A DNA stretch of 64,000 nt from an uncultured Acetatifactor sp. (GCA_947627535.1 CANQWM010000005.1:58948-122947); one strand, 5' to 3'. Counted from the first letter of the stretch, positions 43,020-53,728 are shown. Notes: generated from the letters alone by a model not told the origin. Program-made: numbers and translations.

Positions 43020-43499
43020 ATGCATATTTCAAGCCTGTACCGCCGAAGGCTCATTCCCGCGGAGCACACCCTGCTGAAGGACGATGTCATCGTATTTCTG
43101 GATGATGAAGTTCTCATAACAAAATGGAAAACGCTGAAGCCGAAAACAGAATTTACCCACGGGTGCTCCTGTTATTTCCTGAATCGCGGAATCAAGGTCA
43201 GCAAGATCTACCGGGGGGACGGCTCCCTGCTGCACTGGTACTGCGATATTGTGGAATACTCCTATCACGAAGAGGAAGCGTCTCTCACCGTGACCGATCT
43301 TCTGGCCGACGTGATCATCTCCCCGGATGGCCGCATGAAGGTCGTGGATCTGGACGAGCTGGCGGAAGCGGCGGAACGCGGTCTCATCACAAAAGAGCAG
43401 CTGACCTCCTGCCTCCGCAATCTGAATCAGCTGCTCACACTTGTCTATCAGGGCAGATTTGACCGGCTGCAGGCCCGTCTGGACGAACTTGGGCTTTGA
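43020..43499 (+). CDS. DUF402-domain protein
   Basis: WYCDI, TDLLADVII, VVDLDEL. Confidence 0.8.
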   Translation: MHISSLYRRRLIPAEHTLLKDDVIVFLDDEVLITKWKTLKPKTEFTHGCSCYFLNRGIKVSKIYRGDGSLLHWYCDIVEYSYHEEEASLTVTDLLADVIISPDGRMKVVDLDELAEAAERGLITKEQLTSCLRNLNQLLTLVYQGRFDRLQARLDELGL

Positions 43500-43527
43500 T
43501 CCGGACTTCCGGTCTGCGGGACGTCAT

Positions 43528-44706
43528 TTAATAAAAGACGTGGCCGCCGATATTAATCCCTGTCAGCCCGGGCACAGGCGTCCGGAAAAACACACAGCTG
43601 CCCACGTTTGTAGCCCCGGACATGGCCTCGTCAGCGGCCCTGTAGCAGTCTGCCGTCGCCTTGTTGGTCTCCAGCGCCAGCTGAAACCGGCCGCTGGCCA
43701 CCGGCGAAAACTGCTTCTTCTGATAGATGACACCGACCACCGTATCCGGAAATTTCGAGCTGAGCACGCGGTTGATGACGACAGCTCCCACCGCCAGCTG
43801 GCCCGCATAAGGCTCCGAACCCGCCTCGCAGTAGATCAGGTTTGCCAGCAGATACCGGTCGCCCTCCGCAAACGTGACCTCGGAGATATCTCTCCAGGCT
43901 GCGTTGGCCGCCGCCTGGGAAAGGGCAATCTCCTCCGCCAGCTTTTTCCGAAGATATTCCAGATCTTCTTCCTTCTTCTTAATCTCCTCTTCATATTCCC
44001 GGGCCTTCTGCTCCGCATCTTCAATCTGCTCCGCAGTGGCCTTCATCGTGCTGGCCGTCTGGCCGATCAGACCGGAAACCTTGCTTTTTTCCGCTTCCGC
44101 ATCCACCTTCAGACTGTCAAGCTCTATCTTTTCCTGCTGGAGCCTGGCTTTATGCTCCTCGATCAGAATCCTGTTTTCCTTATAATCCTCCATCAGCTTC
44201 CTGTCGGCGGCGGCGACCCGCTCAATGTACCCGGCAACATTCAGGACATCGGACAGGCTGCCCGCGCTGAGCAGCTCGCTTAAAAAATTATCCTCCTGAT
44301 ACTCATACATCGCCCTGGCGCGCATTACCATACATTCGTACTGCCATTTTTCCGTGGCGACCGCCTCTTCCAGAGCAGCCTGCGTTTCCGCGATCTCCTG
44401 CTCCTTATCCCGGATCTGCTGCTCCAGCCTTTCCAGGTTCGCAACCACCTCATTCAGCTGGGCGTTCAGCTTATCCATGTCTTTCTTCAGATCACTCTGT
44501 ACGTCCTTCAGCCCCTCCAGCTCATTTTCGTTCTGCTGCTGTCTGTTTTCAAGGTCTGCCTTTTCCTGTTCCGCCTGATGGATCTGTTCCTGTGTCGTAG
44601 GTGCCGCAGCCACAAAAAGAGTGCCCGGCACGGCAAGAACCGCCCCGGTAAACAGCGCTACGGTAAGCAAAAGCGCCAGCTCTCTTTTTCTACTGACCTT
44701 CTTCAA
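43528..44706 (-). CDS. Secreted coiled-coil protein with a C-terminal Hydrolase_2 (SleB/CwlJ-like) cell wall hydrolase domain
   Basis: TTG start at 44706 with RBS AGAGGAG, signal peptide, PcsB-like coiled coil, LANLIYCEAGSE, GAVVINRV, VIYQKKQFSP, IGGHVFY. Confidence 0.88.
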   Translation of the reverse strand: MKKVSRKRELALLLTVALFTGAVLAVPGTLFVAAAPTTQEQIHQAEQEKADLENRQQQNENELEGLKDVQSDLKKDMDKLNAQLNEVVANLERLEQQIRDKEQEIAETQAALEEAVATEKWQYECMVMRARAMYEYQEDNFLSELLSAGSLSDVLNVAGYIERVAAADRKLMEDYKENRILIEEHKARLQQEKIELDSLKVDAEAEKSKVSGLIGQTASTMKATAEQIEDAEQKAREYEEEIKKKEEDLEYLRKKLAEEIALSQAAANAAWRDISEVTFAEGDRYLLANLIYCEAGSEPYAGQLAVGAVVINRVLSSKFPDTVVGVIYQKKQFSPVASGRFQLALETNKATADCYRAADEAMSGATNVGSCVFFRTPVPGLTGINIGGHVFY

Positions 44707-44722
44707 TATAAGCTCCTCTCTG

Positions 44723-45208
44723 CTACACCTGTATATGAATGCTGCGTCCCGTTCTGGAATAAGGCACATACACAACGCCCGCAGCGTCAAACATCCGTTT
44801 TGACGCTCTGTTTTCCATGGAACCGACGTACTTGTCACTGTCATACACCACAGTCTTGATACCTGACTGGATGATCGCCTTTGCACACTCATTGCAGGGG
44901 AAAAGCGACACATACAGCTTCGTTCCCTCCAGAGAGCCGCCCCGGTAATTCAATATGGCGTTCAGCTCACCGTGGGTCACAAAGGGGTACTTGGTGTCAA
45001 GCGCCTCGCCTTCCCTTGCCCAGGGAAAATCCTCATCGGAGCACCCGCTTGGGAACCCATTGTAGCCCATGGACAGAATCTTGTTGTCACTGCTGACAAT
45101 ACAAGCGCCCACCTGCGTGTTGGGATCCTTGGAACGCATACCGGACAGCTGTGCGACCCCCATAAAATACTCGTCCCAGCTGATATAGTCAGACCTCTTC
45201 CCGCTCAT
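44723..45208 (-). CDS. dCMP deaminase (ComEB-like)
   Basis: WDEYFM, SKDPNTQVGA, GYNG, HGELNAI, PCNECAK; start moved to 45208. Confidence 0.92.
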   Translation of the reverse strand: MSGKRSDYISWDEYFMGVAQLSGMRSKDPNTQVGACIVSSDNKILSMGYNGFPSGCSDEDFPWAREGEALDTKYPFVTHGELNAILNYRGGSLEGTKLYVSLFPCNECAKAIIQSGIKTVVYDSDKYVGSMENRASKRMFDAAGVVYVPYSRTGRSIHIQV

Positions 45209-45272
45209 GCTCCATCTCCTTCGTTTCCTTCGTACTTCCCCGGTTTCCCGCGCCCGCAAAAAGGGACCTCGC

Positions 45273-45704
45273 TTATTGCTCCTCCATCTGGCTGATCCGG
45301 CGGCAGTGCTTTTCTTCCCCGGAAAACGCCGTGTCAAGGAATGTATCCACAATGTCCAGAGCCAGGTTCGGTCCTACAATGCCACCGCCCAGCGCGAGTA
45401 CATTGGCGTCGTTGTGAAGCCTCGTCATTCTGGCTGTAAGGGAATCCGCGCAGACCGCGCAGCGCACACCCTTTACCTTGTTTGCCACAATACTGATCCC
45501 GATTCCGGTGGTACAGATCACAATGCCCTTCTCGCAGCGGCCTTCCGCCACAGCCCTGGCAACCGCCTTTCCATAGACCGGGTAATCACAGCTTTCCCTG
45601 CTGAAGCATCCCATATCCTCATACGCAATGCCCCTCTTCTCCAGATGGCGCATCACATGCTGCTTCAGCTCATATCCGCCGTGGTCGCTTCCGATTGCAA
45701 TCAT
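45273..45704 (-). CDS. rpiB: Ribose-5-phosphate isomerase B
   Basis: IAIGSDHGG, SCDYP, CTTGIG, RLHNDANVLALG. Confidence 0.95.
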   Translation of the reverse strand: MIAIGSDHGGYELKQHVMRHLEKRGIAYEDMGCFSRESCDYPVYGKAVARAVAEGRCEKGIVICTTGIGISIVANKVKGVRCAVCADSLTARMTRLHNDANVLALGGGIVGPNLALDIVDTFLDTAFSGEEKHCRRISQMEEQ

Positions 45705-45752
45705 CTCATCTTCCTCCTTATTTTGTGGGGTCTGGACTCTCCAACCCCCGTT

Positions 45753-46817
45753 TTATACCTTCACCACCCTGTGCCCGGCGGCCTTGAGAAGACGGTTCAT
45801 AATGGCCTGTCCCAATCCCGAGACGGAAAAGCTTTCCGCATATATTTTCGTAACCCTTTCCTCATCCATCCGCCGCAAGGCCGCGTAAAGATTCCGGGCG
45901 ATAGACGCTTCATCAAAGCGTGAGCCCAGACATTCCGCCACATCCGCCCGACATTTATCCAGAAGCTCTTCCGTCACAATGATACCTGTCCGTTCACCCT
46001 CCGCGCCGTCCTCCGCTGTCTTCCGGTTCATGTAGGCCGCCACCCGTTCAGGAGTTCCCTCCACCAGAGTCAGCTCGCCCTTCGGCGCGTAATGCCGGTA
46101 CTTCATGCCTGGGGCCCTCGGCGCCTGCCCGCTGTCGTCCGCAAGGATCGTAACATCCATGTCAACTTTTCCCAGAACGTGCTCCAGCATCTTTGCCGTC
46201 ACATACCCCGGCCGCAGGATCTGGGGCGTCTGCACGGTCAGGTCCACGATAGTAGACTCCAGGCCGATCCCCACCTTTCCGCCATCCAGAATCATGTCGA
46301 TACGGCCATCCATATCCTCCAGCACGGCCTCCGCCGTAGTGGGACTGGGCCGGCCCGAGAGATTCGCGCTGGGTGCGGCAAGATATCCCCCGCTGTATTC
46401 GATCAGCTTTCGGACTGACGCATAAGCCGGCAGCCGTACCGCCACGGTATCCAGACCACCGGTGGTCTCGGTCGGAACCAGCCCGGATTTTGGCAGGATC
46501 ATGGTCAACGGCCCCGGCCAGAAGGCTTCCGCAATACGGACGGCTTCCTCCGGAACTTTCGACACAATCCGTTCCATGTCTTCAAAACGGCTGATATGCA
46601 CAATGAGAGGATTGTCCGAAGGCCGTCCCTTCGCCGCATAAATCCGCCTGGAAGACTCCCTGTTCAAGGCATCTCCCCCAAGGCCGTAGACCGTCTCGGT
46701 GGGAAACGCTACCAGCCCCCCTGAACGTATAATGCTGCCGGCCCGGCGCAGCGTCTCTTCCTCCCTTTCGGTAAGATGCGCCGCGTCCTGCCGGATCTTT
46801 TCCGTTATGGTTTTCAT
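45753..46817 (-). CDS. sua5: L-threonylcarbamoyladenylate synthase, Sua5 type
   Basis: VAFPTETVYGLG, KGRPSDNPLIVH, FWPGPLT, APSANLSGRPSPT, PGMKYRHYAP; start moved to 46817. Confidence 0.95.
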   Translation of the reverse strand: MKTITEKIRQDAAHLTEREEETLRRAGSIIRSGGLVAFPTETVYGLGGDALNRESSRRIYAAKGRPSDNPLIVHISRFEDMERIVSKVPEEAVRIAEAFWPGPLTMILPKSGLVPTETTGGLDTVAVRLPAYASVRKLIEYSGGYLAAPSANLSGRPSPTTAEAVLEDMDGRIDMILDGGKVGIGLESTIVDLTVQTPQILRPGYVTAKMLEHVLGKVDMDVTILADDSGQAPRAPGMKYRHYAPKGELTLVEGTPERVAAYMNRKTAEDGAEGERTGIIVTEELLDKCRADVAECLGSRFDEASIARNLYAALRRMDEERVTKIYAESFSVSGLGQAIMNRLLKAAGHRVVKV

Positions 46818-46940
46818 GGCACAACCACTTTCCCTTTTCTCACAGCACGCATCCATACTCCCACTCAGATGAGTGGCAGAAATAGTATAACATATTTTTT
46901 CGGAAAGGAAAAGCCCTGCTCCCGAAAAGGTCAGAAGCGG

Positions 46941-49900
46941 TCAGTCAGAACTTTTTTCCGGTTCTCCCTTCTTTTTCTTCTTTTTCTTCCGATGCCTGAT
47001 CCATACGGCTGCCGCCGCTGCGACACATACAGCCGCCCCGGCGCCGGTCCAGACGATCCAGGCGGAATTTTCCTTTCTGGCAATACAGAAGGTCTCTGTC
47101 GGCCCGGTCATATCCACCTGCAGATACGTTCCCCGTTCCTTGCAGGCAAGCCGCACCCATTCTCCGTCAGTCCTCCCCCAGACCTCCGCCTCATCATAAG
47201 GATTCAGCAGCCGTACCGCAAACACATCCGAAGCCCCGACGCCCCCGTTTTCCAGAACAACATCATAGACGACATATTCCCTGTCTCCGATCTCTTCCGG
47301 CGGCTGCGCGTTTCCGGGACCTGCCCTCAGTACGGTATCTTCCGTAAATTTCCGTTCCACAAGCGCATACGGCTTCTCATACGCGCCGTCGTCCTCTTCC
47401 TGTTTTTCTCCGCTCTCCACTACTAGAACATTGTCCTTGTATTCGCCCCGGATCACAAGGTCTCCCTTCATGACACGGTCGGAATAATCCGGCCACGCGC
47501 CGTAACATCCCTCCTGTTCCGGGATCTCAGGATACTGCAGTACCGACAGGCTCTTCCCGTAGGCAACCTCCTGAACGCCCAGGCACGTGTCCCCGATCCA
47601 GAACGCAACCTGCAGGTGCCGGAACCGCTCCGGCACTCCCTCGATCTCAAGCAGTTCTTCATATTCCAAAGGCTCCGCAATTCCGGCATAGCTGATACCG
47701 TCAATACCATAAGGCTCTCCACCCACATAATAATTCTGGGAGATCATGGGATCCTCCGCGTCTTCCGTCTCCACGGGGACCGCGGCCCATCCCGCAATAC
47801 TTCCTTTTCTGCCGGAGGACGCCTCCACATTGACAATGGCGCAGCAGTCTTTCAGCGTACAGGCATATCCGGCGATGCCGCCCACATATCTGTTTCCTGA
47901 CACATCGCACAGCGCATAGCAGTTTTTCAGCACCGTCAGGGACTGTCCGCATACACCGCCCACATAGTTTCCCTCTGTGCTCTCCACGCTGCCGTATCCG
48001 CTGGAGTCCGCAGCGATTCCGTGTTCCATATATCCCACGATACCGCCTGCGCCGTCCTTTTTGGCGATGACACGGCCCTGATTCTCACAGTGTCCGATCA
48101 CGCATTTCATGACAAACCGGCGGCCGATCTCATAATCGATGCTCCCTGCGGCATTGTCCTCGGGATCCTCCTGATCAATGGACATGGAGCCCGATATCCC
48201 GCCCACATTGATATCACCTCTGACGGTCCCCCTGTTCGTGCAGGAATCGGTCCGCCCCGCCGTAATATCATACATCTCCTCGTAAGAGATCTCCTCATAG
48301 GCTTCTTCCACGCTGAGTCCGCTGTAGCCGGACAGATGATCCGCCAGAAGCTGAAAGACCACATTCAGCTGGTCGTTTACCGCCTTCAGATCTTCGTTCA
48401 CAAGATCGGAATAATCGGAGGCATGGGCAGTCAGGCTCTTCAGGCTTTCCGAAACGCCCTTCAGCTCAAGATTCAGGTTTTCCCGCTGCTGATCGAACTG
48501 CTCTCCCAGAGCCGTAAAATGCAGCTTTGGCTGGGCGTTTATGTAAACGGCAATGTCCTTTGCCCTGTTGCCTGCGTTTTTCAGAGACTCTGACATGCTC
48601 CGCAACGCTTCCGCAGATTCCTCAGTCAGCGCGGCACCGCCTGCTTCCGTCAGGACCTTAGAGACTGCGCTGGACCATTCGGCGGCATTTCCCGCAAGAT
48701 CCGCCAGCTCCGTCAGAACCTGTTCCCGCTGCTCAGTCGTCAGGCTGTTCCACTCTTTTACGGTGCCGTCCTCTTTTTTAATGATTCCATTGATCCTGTC
48801 CGCAGACTCCTTCACCCGGTCAGAGACTGTCTGAAGCTCCTTCAGGGCACTCTCGGTCTGCTCCGGATCCTCCTGGCCGCCGGCGGATCCGTTGCCATCG
48901 CTGACGCTTCCCGGATCCTTTACCGACAGCTTCACACTGTCGCAGAAACGGCCGAAGGCAGTCTGCGCCGCCGTCATGTTGTCCAGCACAGCCGGCAGCT
49001 GTTCCGTCACATATTCCATGCGCGCTCCCATCGCCCGGACCTGCTCCGTATTTGCGTCCACAAAATCTGTCAGCTGGTCCGCAAGCGCATGACCGGAATC
49101 CCGGGCCGCATCCCCGTGTGCAGTAAGACGGTCCACATCCCCTTTCACGACGTCCTTGCCCTCCTGCAGATGATCCAGCGTCCGGTTGATCAGATTGTGC
49201 AGTTTGTTGACGGCGTTCCGCAGTGATTCCGCCTCGTCCACTTCAATATAGGGCTCCATCTGCCCCACGATTCCGCCTACATCCTTACGGCCGAAAATGT
49301 CCCCCCTGTTTGTGCACAGCATTACCGTTCCGGCATGTCTGCCTGCAATGCCGCCGATATTATATCCCGTATGTTCATAACCGATCCGGCCATCATTGGT
49401 ACAGCTGGCGATAACGCCGTCGGAATAGCCTGCGATTCCTCCCGTATCCACGCCGCTGAACAGATCCACCTCCGAACCGGAACCGTTCATGCTCTGAAAA
49501 AGCTCCGGTCCCCGCTCGTCATCCGTTTCCACCCATTCGCTGTCATCGTTGATATTGGAATCGTTCTTACAACCGATTATCGTGCCGTGATTAAAACCAA
49601 CAATACCGCCTGTCATATTGTATCCCAATACATGACCGCGCATTGTACAGTTTTTGATCACCCCGGTCCCCTCGTTGGTTCCGGCGATACCGCCCACCGT
49701 TCTGACACCCTTTATGGTTCCATCAAAGCTGCAGTCCCGGATCGTACCGTAATTCACCCCGCAGATACCGCCCATGCATTCGTCCGTTTCGGCGCCCTGA
49801 ACGCTTCCGCTGAGCTTCAGGTTCTTTACCTCGCCCTGTACTCCCACATAGCGGAAAAAGCCCTCCACATAGCCGTCCCCCACGTTGCGAAATCCGGAGA

Positions 49901-50234
49901 CAGTATGCCCCTGTCCGTCGAAGGTCCCGCAGAAGATTGGTATCATCTCAAAATCCATTCCCGTCAGGTCGATGTCCTGCTTCAGCACCACCCATTTTCC
50001 CGCCGACCAGGAATCTATATGGCACTGATCGGCAAATGCAAGCAGTTCCTCTGCGGTACTAATCTCTATCACTTCCACCGGGGCCACGGCTTCCGTCTCA
50101 TCCACGCCCTGTTCCTTGGATGCCGTACTTTCCGCCCCTTCCGCCGCCGTTCCCATGGGAAAGGCCATACTGCACACAAGCGCAGCCGTTATTCCCAGGG
50201 AAAAGAGTTTTGTACCGATTCCCATTCTTCTCAT
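46941..50234 (-). CDS. Large surface protein with GLUG-type repeats split by a long helical insert and a C-terminal TM anchor
   Basis: Signal peptide; ISTAEEL...DIDL...GTFDGQGHTVSG; repeated (V/I)GGI(A/V)G motifs before and after a central heptad-rich region; hydrophobic C-terminus plus poly-Lys. Confidence 0.75.
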   Translation of the reverse strand: MRRMGIGTKLFSLGITAALVCSMAFPMGTAAEGAESTASKEQGVDETEAVAPVEVIEISTAEELLAFADQCHIDSWSAGKWVVLKQDIDLTGMDFEMIPIFCGTFDGQGHTVSGFRNVGDGYVEGFFRYVGVQGEVKNLKLSGSVQGAETDECMGGICGVNYGTIRDCSFDGTIKGVRTVGGIAGTNEGTGVIKNCTMRGHVLGYNMTGGIVGFNHGTIIGCKNDSNINDDSEWVETDDERGPELFQSMNGSGSEVDLFSGVDTGGIAGYSDGVIASCTNDGRIGYEHTGYNIGGIAGRHAGTVMLCTNRGDIFGRKDVGGIVGQMEPYIEVDEAESLRNAVNKLHNLINRTLDHLQEGKDVVKGDVDRLTAHGDAARDSGHALADQLTDFVDANTEQVRAMGARMEYVTEQLPAVLDNMTAAQTAFGRFCDSVKLSVKDPGSVSDGNGSAGGQEDPEQTESALKELQTVSDRVKESADRINGIIKKEDGTVKEWNSLTTEQREQVLTELADLAGNAAEWSSAVSKVLTEAGGAALTEESAEALRSMSESLKNAGNRAKDIAVYINAQPKLHFTALGEQFDQQRENLNLELKGVSESLKSLTAHASDYSDLVNEDLKAVNDQLNVVFQLLADHLSGYSGLSVEEAYEEISYEEMYDITAGRTDSCTNRGTVRGDINVGGISGSMSIDQEDPEDNAAGSIDYEIGRRFVMKCVIGHCENQGRVIAKKDGAGGIVGYMEHGIAADSSGYGSVESTEGNYVGGVCGQSLTVLKNCYALCDVSGNRYVGGIAGYACTLKDCCAIVNVEASSGRKGSIAGWAAVPVETEDAEDPMISQNYYVGGEPYGIDGISYAGIAEPLEYEELLEIEGVPERFRHLQVAFWIGDTCLGVQEVAYGKSLSVLQYPEIPEQEGCYGAWPDYSDRVMKGDLVIRGEYKDNVLVVESGEKQEEDDGAYEKPYALVERKFTEDTVLRAGPGNAQPPEEIGDREYVVYDVVLENGGVGASDVFAVRLLNPYDEAEVWGRTDGEWVRLACKERGTYLQVDMTGPTETFCIARKENSAWIVWTGAGAAVCVAAAAAVWIRHRKKKKKKKGEPEKSSD

Positions 50235-52738
50235 TTCGTCACCTCTGTCTCTTCGCCGCCGCGTTCCTTCTGCATCAGATCCGCCAGATCGCCGCCGTCA
50301 TCCTCACGCTGCTCCAGCTTCCCCATATTGACAAACAGACTCGCGTCGCCCCGCACAAGCCCGTGGACCTCGCCGATAATGGTTCCGTTGATATGTCCCT
50401 GAACCATGCCGTCCACCCGCATCAGGCCGGAGGTCCGCTCCAGCTTCAGCGGGATCGACACTGCGAACGACGTCTTATCTATGATCTTTTCTCCCAGCAG
50501 CAGGATCTGTGGCAGAACAAACATGACGATGATAATGGAAATAATCGTCCCTCTTCCCAGACACTGACCGATACCGCAGATTGCGCCGTCCGACGACATC
50601 CGGCCGATAAAGATGCCTGCCAGGGCAAGCATGGAACCGGAGGTTACGATCGTGGGAAACGCAAAGTTCATGGTCTCGATGATCGCATCCCGCTTCGACA
50701 TCTTATCCTTCAGCTCCATGAAACGGCCTGAGATCACGATGGCATAGTCTATGTTCGCACCCATCTGAATGGAGCTGACGATCAGATAGCTCATAAAGAA
50801 CAGATTCTTTTCCTGGATGGCAGGGAAGGAAAAGTTGACCCAGATAGCGCCCTGGATAATCATGATCAGCAATACAGGCATACCAGCCGACATAAAGGTA
50901 AACAGCAGCACGACCAGCACCGCCAGAATGGAGACGACGTTCACCACCGTGTTGTCCGTCTGGAACGTCTTGTACAGATCATACTGGCTGGTGGCTTCCC
51001 CTGGTATCAGCACAGTCCCTTCATAATACTTGCCTGCAATTTCATGCATCCTGTCGAGGAAGGCAAAAGTCTCGTCTCCTTCCTCCGGCAGGTTCAGATA
51101 GACCAGCATACGGCTGTACTCCTGACCCTGCAGCTGGTCCAGCGCAATCTGCATCTTAGAATGCGCATCCTCCAGAGTCTCCATCATATCGTCCTCCAGA
51201 GTCACGTACCCCTCCTGTACTTCATCATATAAGAACATGAAAATATCAATGAGAGGCACACTGTATGTGGACAGACCGTTGACAATCTTTGCGTAATTCT
51301 CATCATTTACCGCGTATGCCATATAAAGCATTTCGGCGACTTCGTAGTCCAGCTCCAGCAGTTCGGAAAAATCCCGGGCGGTCAGCTTGTCAGTGAGCAT
51401 ATACCCGTCCATAGCCTCCGTGTTGGCAAGCCCCATGGTGTAATCCACCTCCGGCAGGGCATCCAGCTCCTTCAGAAGCTGTTTTTCTTTTTCATAGCTG
51501 CCGGCAGGCACGATCAGCGCCACCATATTGGAAGATCCGAAGCTTTCCTCGATCCTCTCATCGACAATCATGGCGTCGCTCTGGACCGGCGTCTCCAGCA
51601 TCGAATACCCATAGACATAAGGACATTTGGAAGAAATCAGATAGGCTCCCACGATGAGCACCACAAACAGAGGCGGCATGACGTACCGCGTCTTGTAGGC
51701 AAACTTTCCCACAAAAGGAATCTTGGGGATAAAGCTTCTGTGGTGCGTCTTATCCATGGCGCGCCCGAACAGCATGATCAGGCCCGGCATCAGCAGGAAT
51801 ACCGCCAGCAGGCTCAGCAGAATGGCCCGGATCAGGCACAGCGCCATATCCCGTCCTATGCCAAACTGCATGAACATCATGGCGATCAGGCCGCCGATGG
51901 TCGTAAGAGAGCTGGAGGAAATCTCTGGAATTGCTTTGCTCAGCGCTACAATATCGGCTTCCCGGATGGGAAGCGTTTGATGTTCTTCTTTATAGCGGTT
52001 ACAGAAGATCACCGCATAGTCTATGGACAGCGCCAGCTGCAGCACAATGGTCACCGAATTTGACACGAAAGAGATCGTTCCCATAAAAAAGTTGGTTCCC
52101 TTCGTAATCAGCGCCGCCGCGATGAATGTCAAAAGCAGCACCGGCACTTCCGCCCATGTCTGGGACGTCAAAAGCAGCACGGATACTACCACCACCGCCA
52201 CCAGGACACTGATCACCTGCATCTCACTGGCGATCTGCTCCGCGGAAGCGTTTCCCATGGAAGTGGAAACATAAATATCATAATCCGCCAGCAGATCCTT
52301 CACCTCATCCAGGGCATCCAGCGCGCGCTCGTCGGTTTCTACATAGCGGAAGGTAATATCATAGAGAGCCGAAAAATTATTGTAATGCTCCGCCGTCTTG
52401 TCGAAGGTGAGCATCGCCACCGTGTCCAGTGCCTCCAGTTTGTCCGCGATTTTCTCCGCCTCGCTGTACGGAATGTTCGTGACCATAACCTTCGCGGTCC
52501 CATAGGTAAGAAACTGCTCTTCCATGCGGTCCAGCCCCTGTCTGGTCTCTGTTGTATCGGGAAGATACGCAGACATGGCGTTCTCTACACTTACCCAGTT
52601 CATGGATATGACGGAAAATATGATCGCGATACCGAACAGCAGGAAAAAGAGATTTCGTCTGTCCACAACAAAGGTAGCGACCTTTGTCATAAATCCGTCG
52701 TTTTTTTCACCGTTCTTTTCCTTTGCATCTTCTGCCAT
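50231..52738 (-). CDS. MMPL/RND-superfamily transporter
   Basis: Two MMPL repeats (LALSIDYAVIFCNRYKEE; GANIDYAIVISGRF), large extracytoplasmic loops; start moved to MAEDAK (52738); promoter ATGACA-17-TATAAT at 52796-52824. Confidence 0.9.
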   Translation of the reverse strand: MAEDAKEKNGEKNDGFMTKVATFVVDRRNLFFLLFGIAIIFSVISMNWVSVENAMSAYLPDTTETRQGLDRMEEQFLTYGTAKVMVTNIPYSEAEKIADKLEALDTVAMLTFDKTAEHYNNFSALYDITFRYVETDERALDALDEVKDLLADYDIYVSTSMGNASAEQIASEMQVISVLVAVVVVSVLLLTSQTWAEVPVLLLTFIAAALITKGTNFFMGTISFVSNSVTIVLQLALSIDYAVIFCNRYKEEHQTLPIREADIVALSKAIPEISSSSLTTIGGLIAMMFMQFGIGRDMALCLIRAILLSLLAVFLLMPGLIMLFGRAMDKTHHRSFIPKIPFVGKFAYKTRYVMPPLFVVLIVGAYLISSKCPYVYGYSMLETPVQSDAMIVDERIEESFGSSNMVALIVPAGSYEKEKQLLKELDALPEVDYTMGLANTEAMDGYMLTDKLTARDFSELLELDYEVAEMLYMAYAVNDENYAKIVNGLSTYSVPLIDIFMFLYDEVQEGYVTLEDDMMETLEDAHSKMQIALDQLQGQEYSRMLVYLNLPEEGDETFAFLDRMHEIAGKYYEGTVLIPGEATSQYDLYKTFQTDNTVVNVVSILAVLVVLLFTFMSAGMPVLLIMIIQGAIWVNFSFPAIQEKNLFFMSYLIVSSIQMGANIDYAIVISGRFMELKDKMSKRDAIIETMNFAFPTIVTSGSMLALAGIFIGRMSSDGAICGIGQCLGRGTIISIIIVMFVLPQILLLGEKIIDKTSFAVSIPLKLERTSGLMRVDGMVQGHINGTIIGEVHGLVRGDASLFVNMGKLEQREDDGGDLADLMQKERGGEETEVTK

Positions 52739-52891
52739 TTCCCCACCTCTTTGTACTTTTTCCTTCTTTTTTCTGTCAGCCTTTTCCGACTTAAGATTAT
52801 ACAACTCTTTTTTCGTGCTGTCATTCCCTTTCTGTAAATCTTTACTGAAGAAAACATGAAAAATATATAAATCTCAGTAAATCGATGCGCT

Positions 52892-53593
52892 TTACTGGTT
52901 CAGATACTGCAGGATCCCCATATGGATCGCCCAGGCTGCCCTGTCCTGATAATCTTCGCTGCAGAGCAGCCGGGCCTCTTCGCTGTTTGACAGAAATCCG
53001 CATTCCACGATTACGATCGGAAATTCCGTCTTCTTCAGCAGATAATAACTGTCATTGGCTTTGATCTTCCGCCTGTTTTCCGGATCTGTTTTTTCCACCA
53101 TCTGATCCTGTATGTACTGTGCCAGCTTCTCCCCCTTTACACTGCCGTCATAATAGAATACCTGGGCTCCGTGTACATACTCCTCATGATAACTGTTCTG
53201 GTGAATGCTGACCGCTGCGTCGGGAGCCGTCTGGTCGATCAATGCGACCCGGCGTTTCATGTCCTGCACCTTTTTGTTGGATGCATTGGAATCATAAAGT
53301 CCCGCATCCTCCTCCCGCGTCATCACCACCCTGACGCCTGCTGCCTCCAGATAGTCTCTGACCCGCATTGCGATCTGAAGGTTAACGTCCTTTTCATATG
53401 CGCCGTTGATTCCCACTTTTCCAGGATCAGCACCGCCGTGTCCAGCGTCAATGACCACGCATGGCCCTTCCTGGAGACTGCCCGATCCGGCGCCGTCTAC
53501 ATAAAAAACCGCCTCCCGCCCTGCGTATACCAGCGCCGCAGCCAGCAGGATTCCAAACGCAAAAAGCAGGGTCCTGTTTTGGTATTGCTTCAT
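52892..53593 (-). CDS. N-acetylmuramoyl-L-alanine amidase, Amidase_3 (CwlD-like)
   Basis: VVIDAGHGG, EKDVNL, VMTRE, SIHQN, IVECGFLSN; N-terminal TM; CATACAT -10-like element upstream. Confidence 0.88.
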   Translation of the reverse strand: MKQYQNRTLLFAFGILLAAALVYAGREAVFYVDGAGSGSLQEGPCVVIDAGHGGADPGKVGINGAYEKDVNLQIAMRVRDYLEAAGVRVVMTREEDAGLYDSNASNKKVQDMKRRVALIDQTAPDAAVSIHQNSYHEEYVHGAQVFYYDGSVKGEKLAQYIQDQMVEKTDPENRRKIKANDSYYLLKKTEFPIVIVECGFLSNSEEARLLCSEDYQDRAAWAIHMGILQYLNQ

Positions 53594-53728
53594 TTTCGCC
53601 TTCCTTAGAGATTTCTCTTAAACAATGTATGCTTCTTAATTTTTCTTTAAAACCTCCAAAACGGTTGCAAACAGCGACATATTTGATTTATAATGATATT
53701 GGTCGGAAGGGGGCTGTGTGAGATATCC

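Noticed and set aside
46960-46995. Poly-Lys/purine run at the end of the GLUG protein as a phase-variable tract
   Set aside because: Mixed AAG/AAA codons forming an ordinary positive stop-transfer tail, not a homopolymer or perfect repeat.
52832-52897. Repeated GTAAATC/TTTACTG motifs upstream of the MMPL gene as a TetR operator
   Set aside because: One pair is explained by the amidase terminator hairpin, the rest are short AT-rich matches, and no regulator is adjacent.
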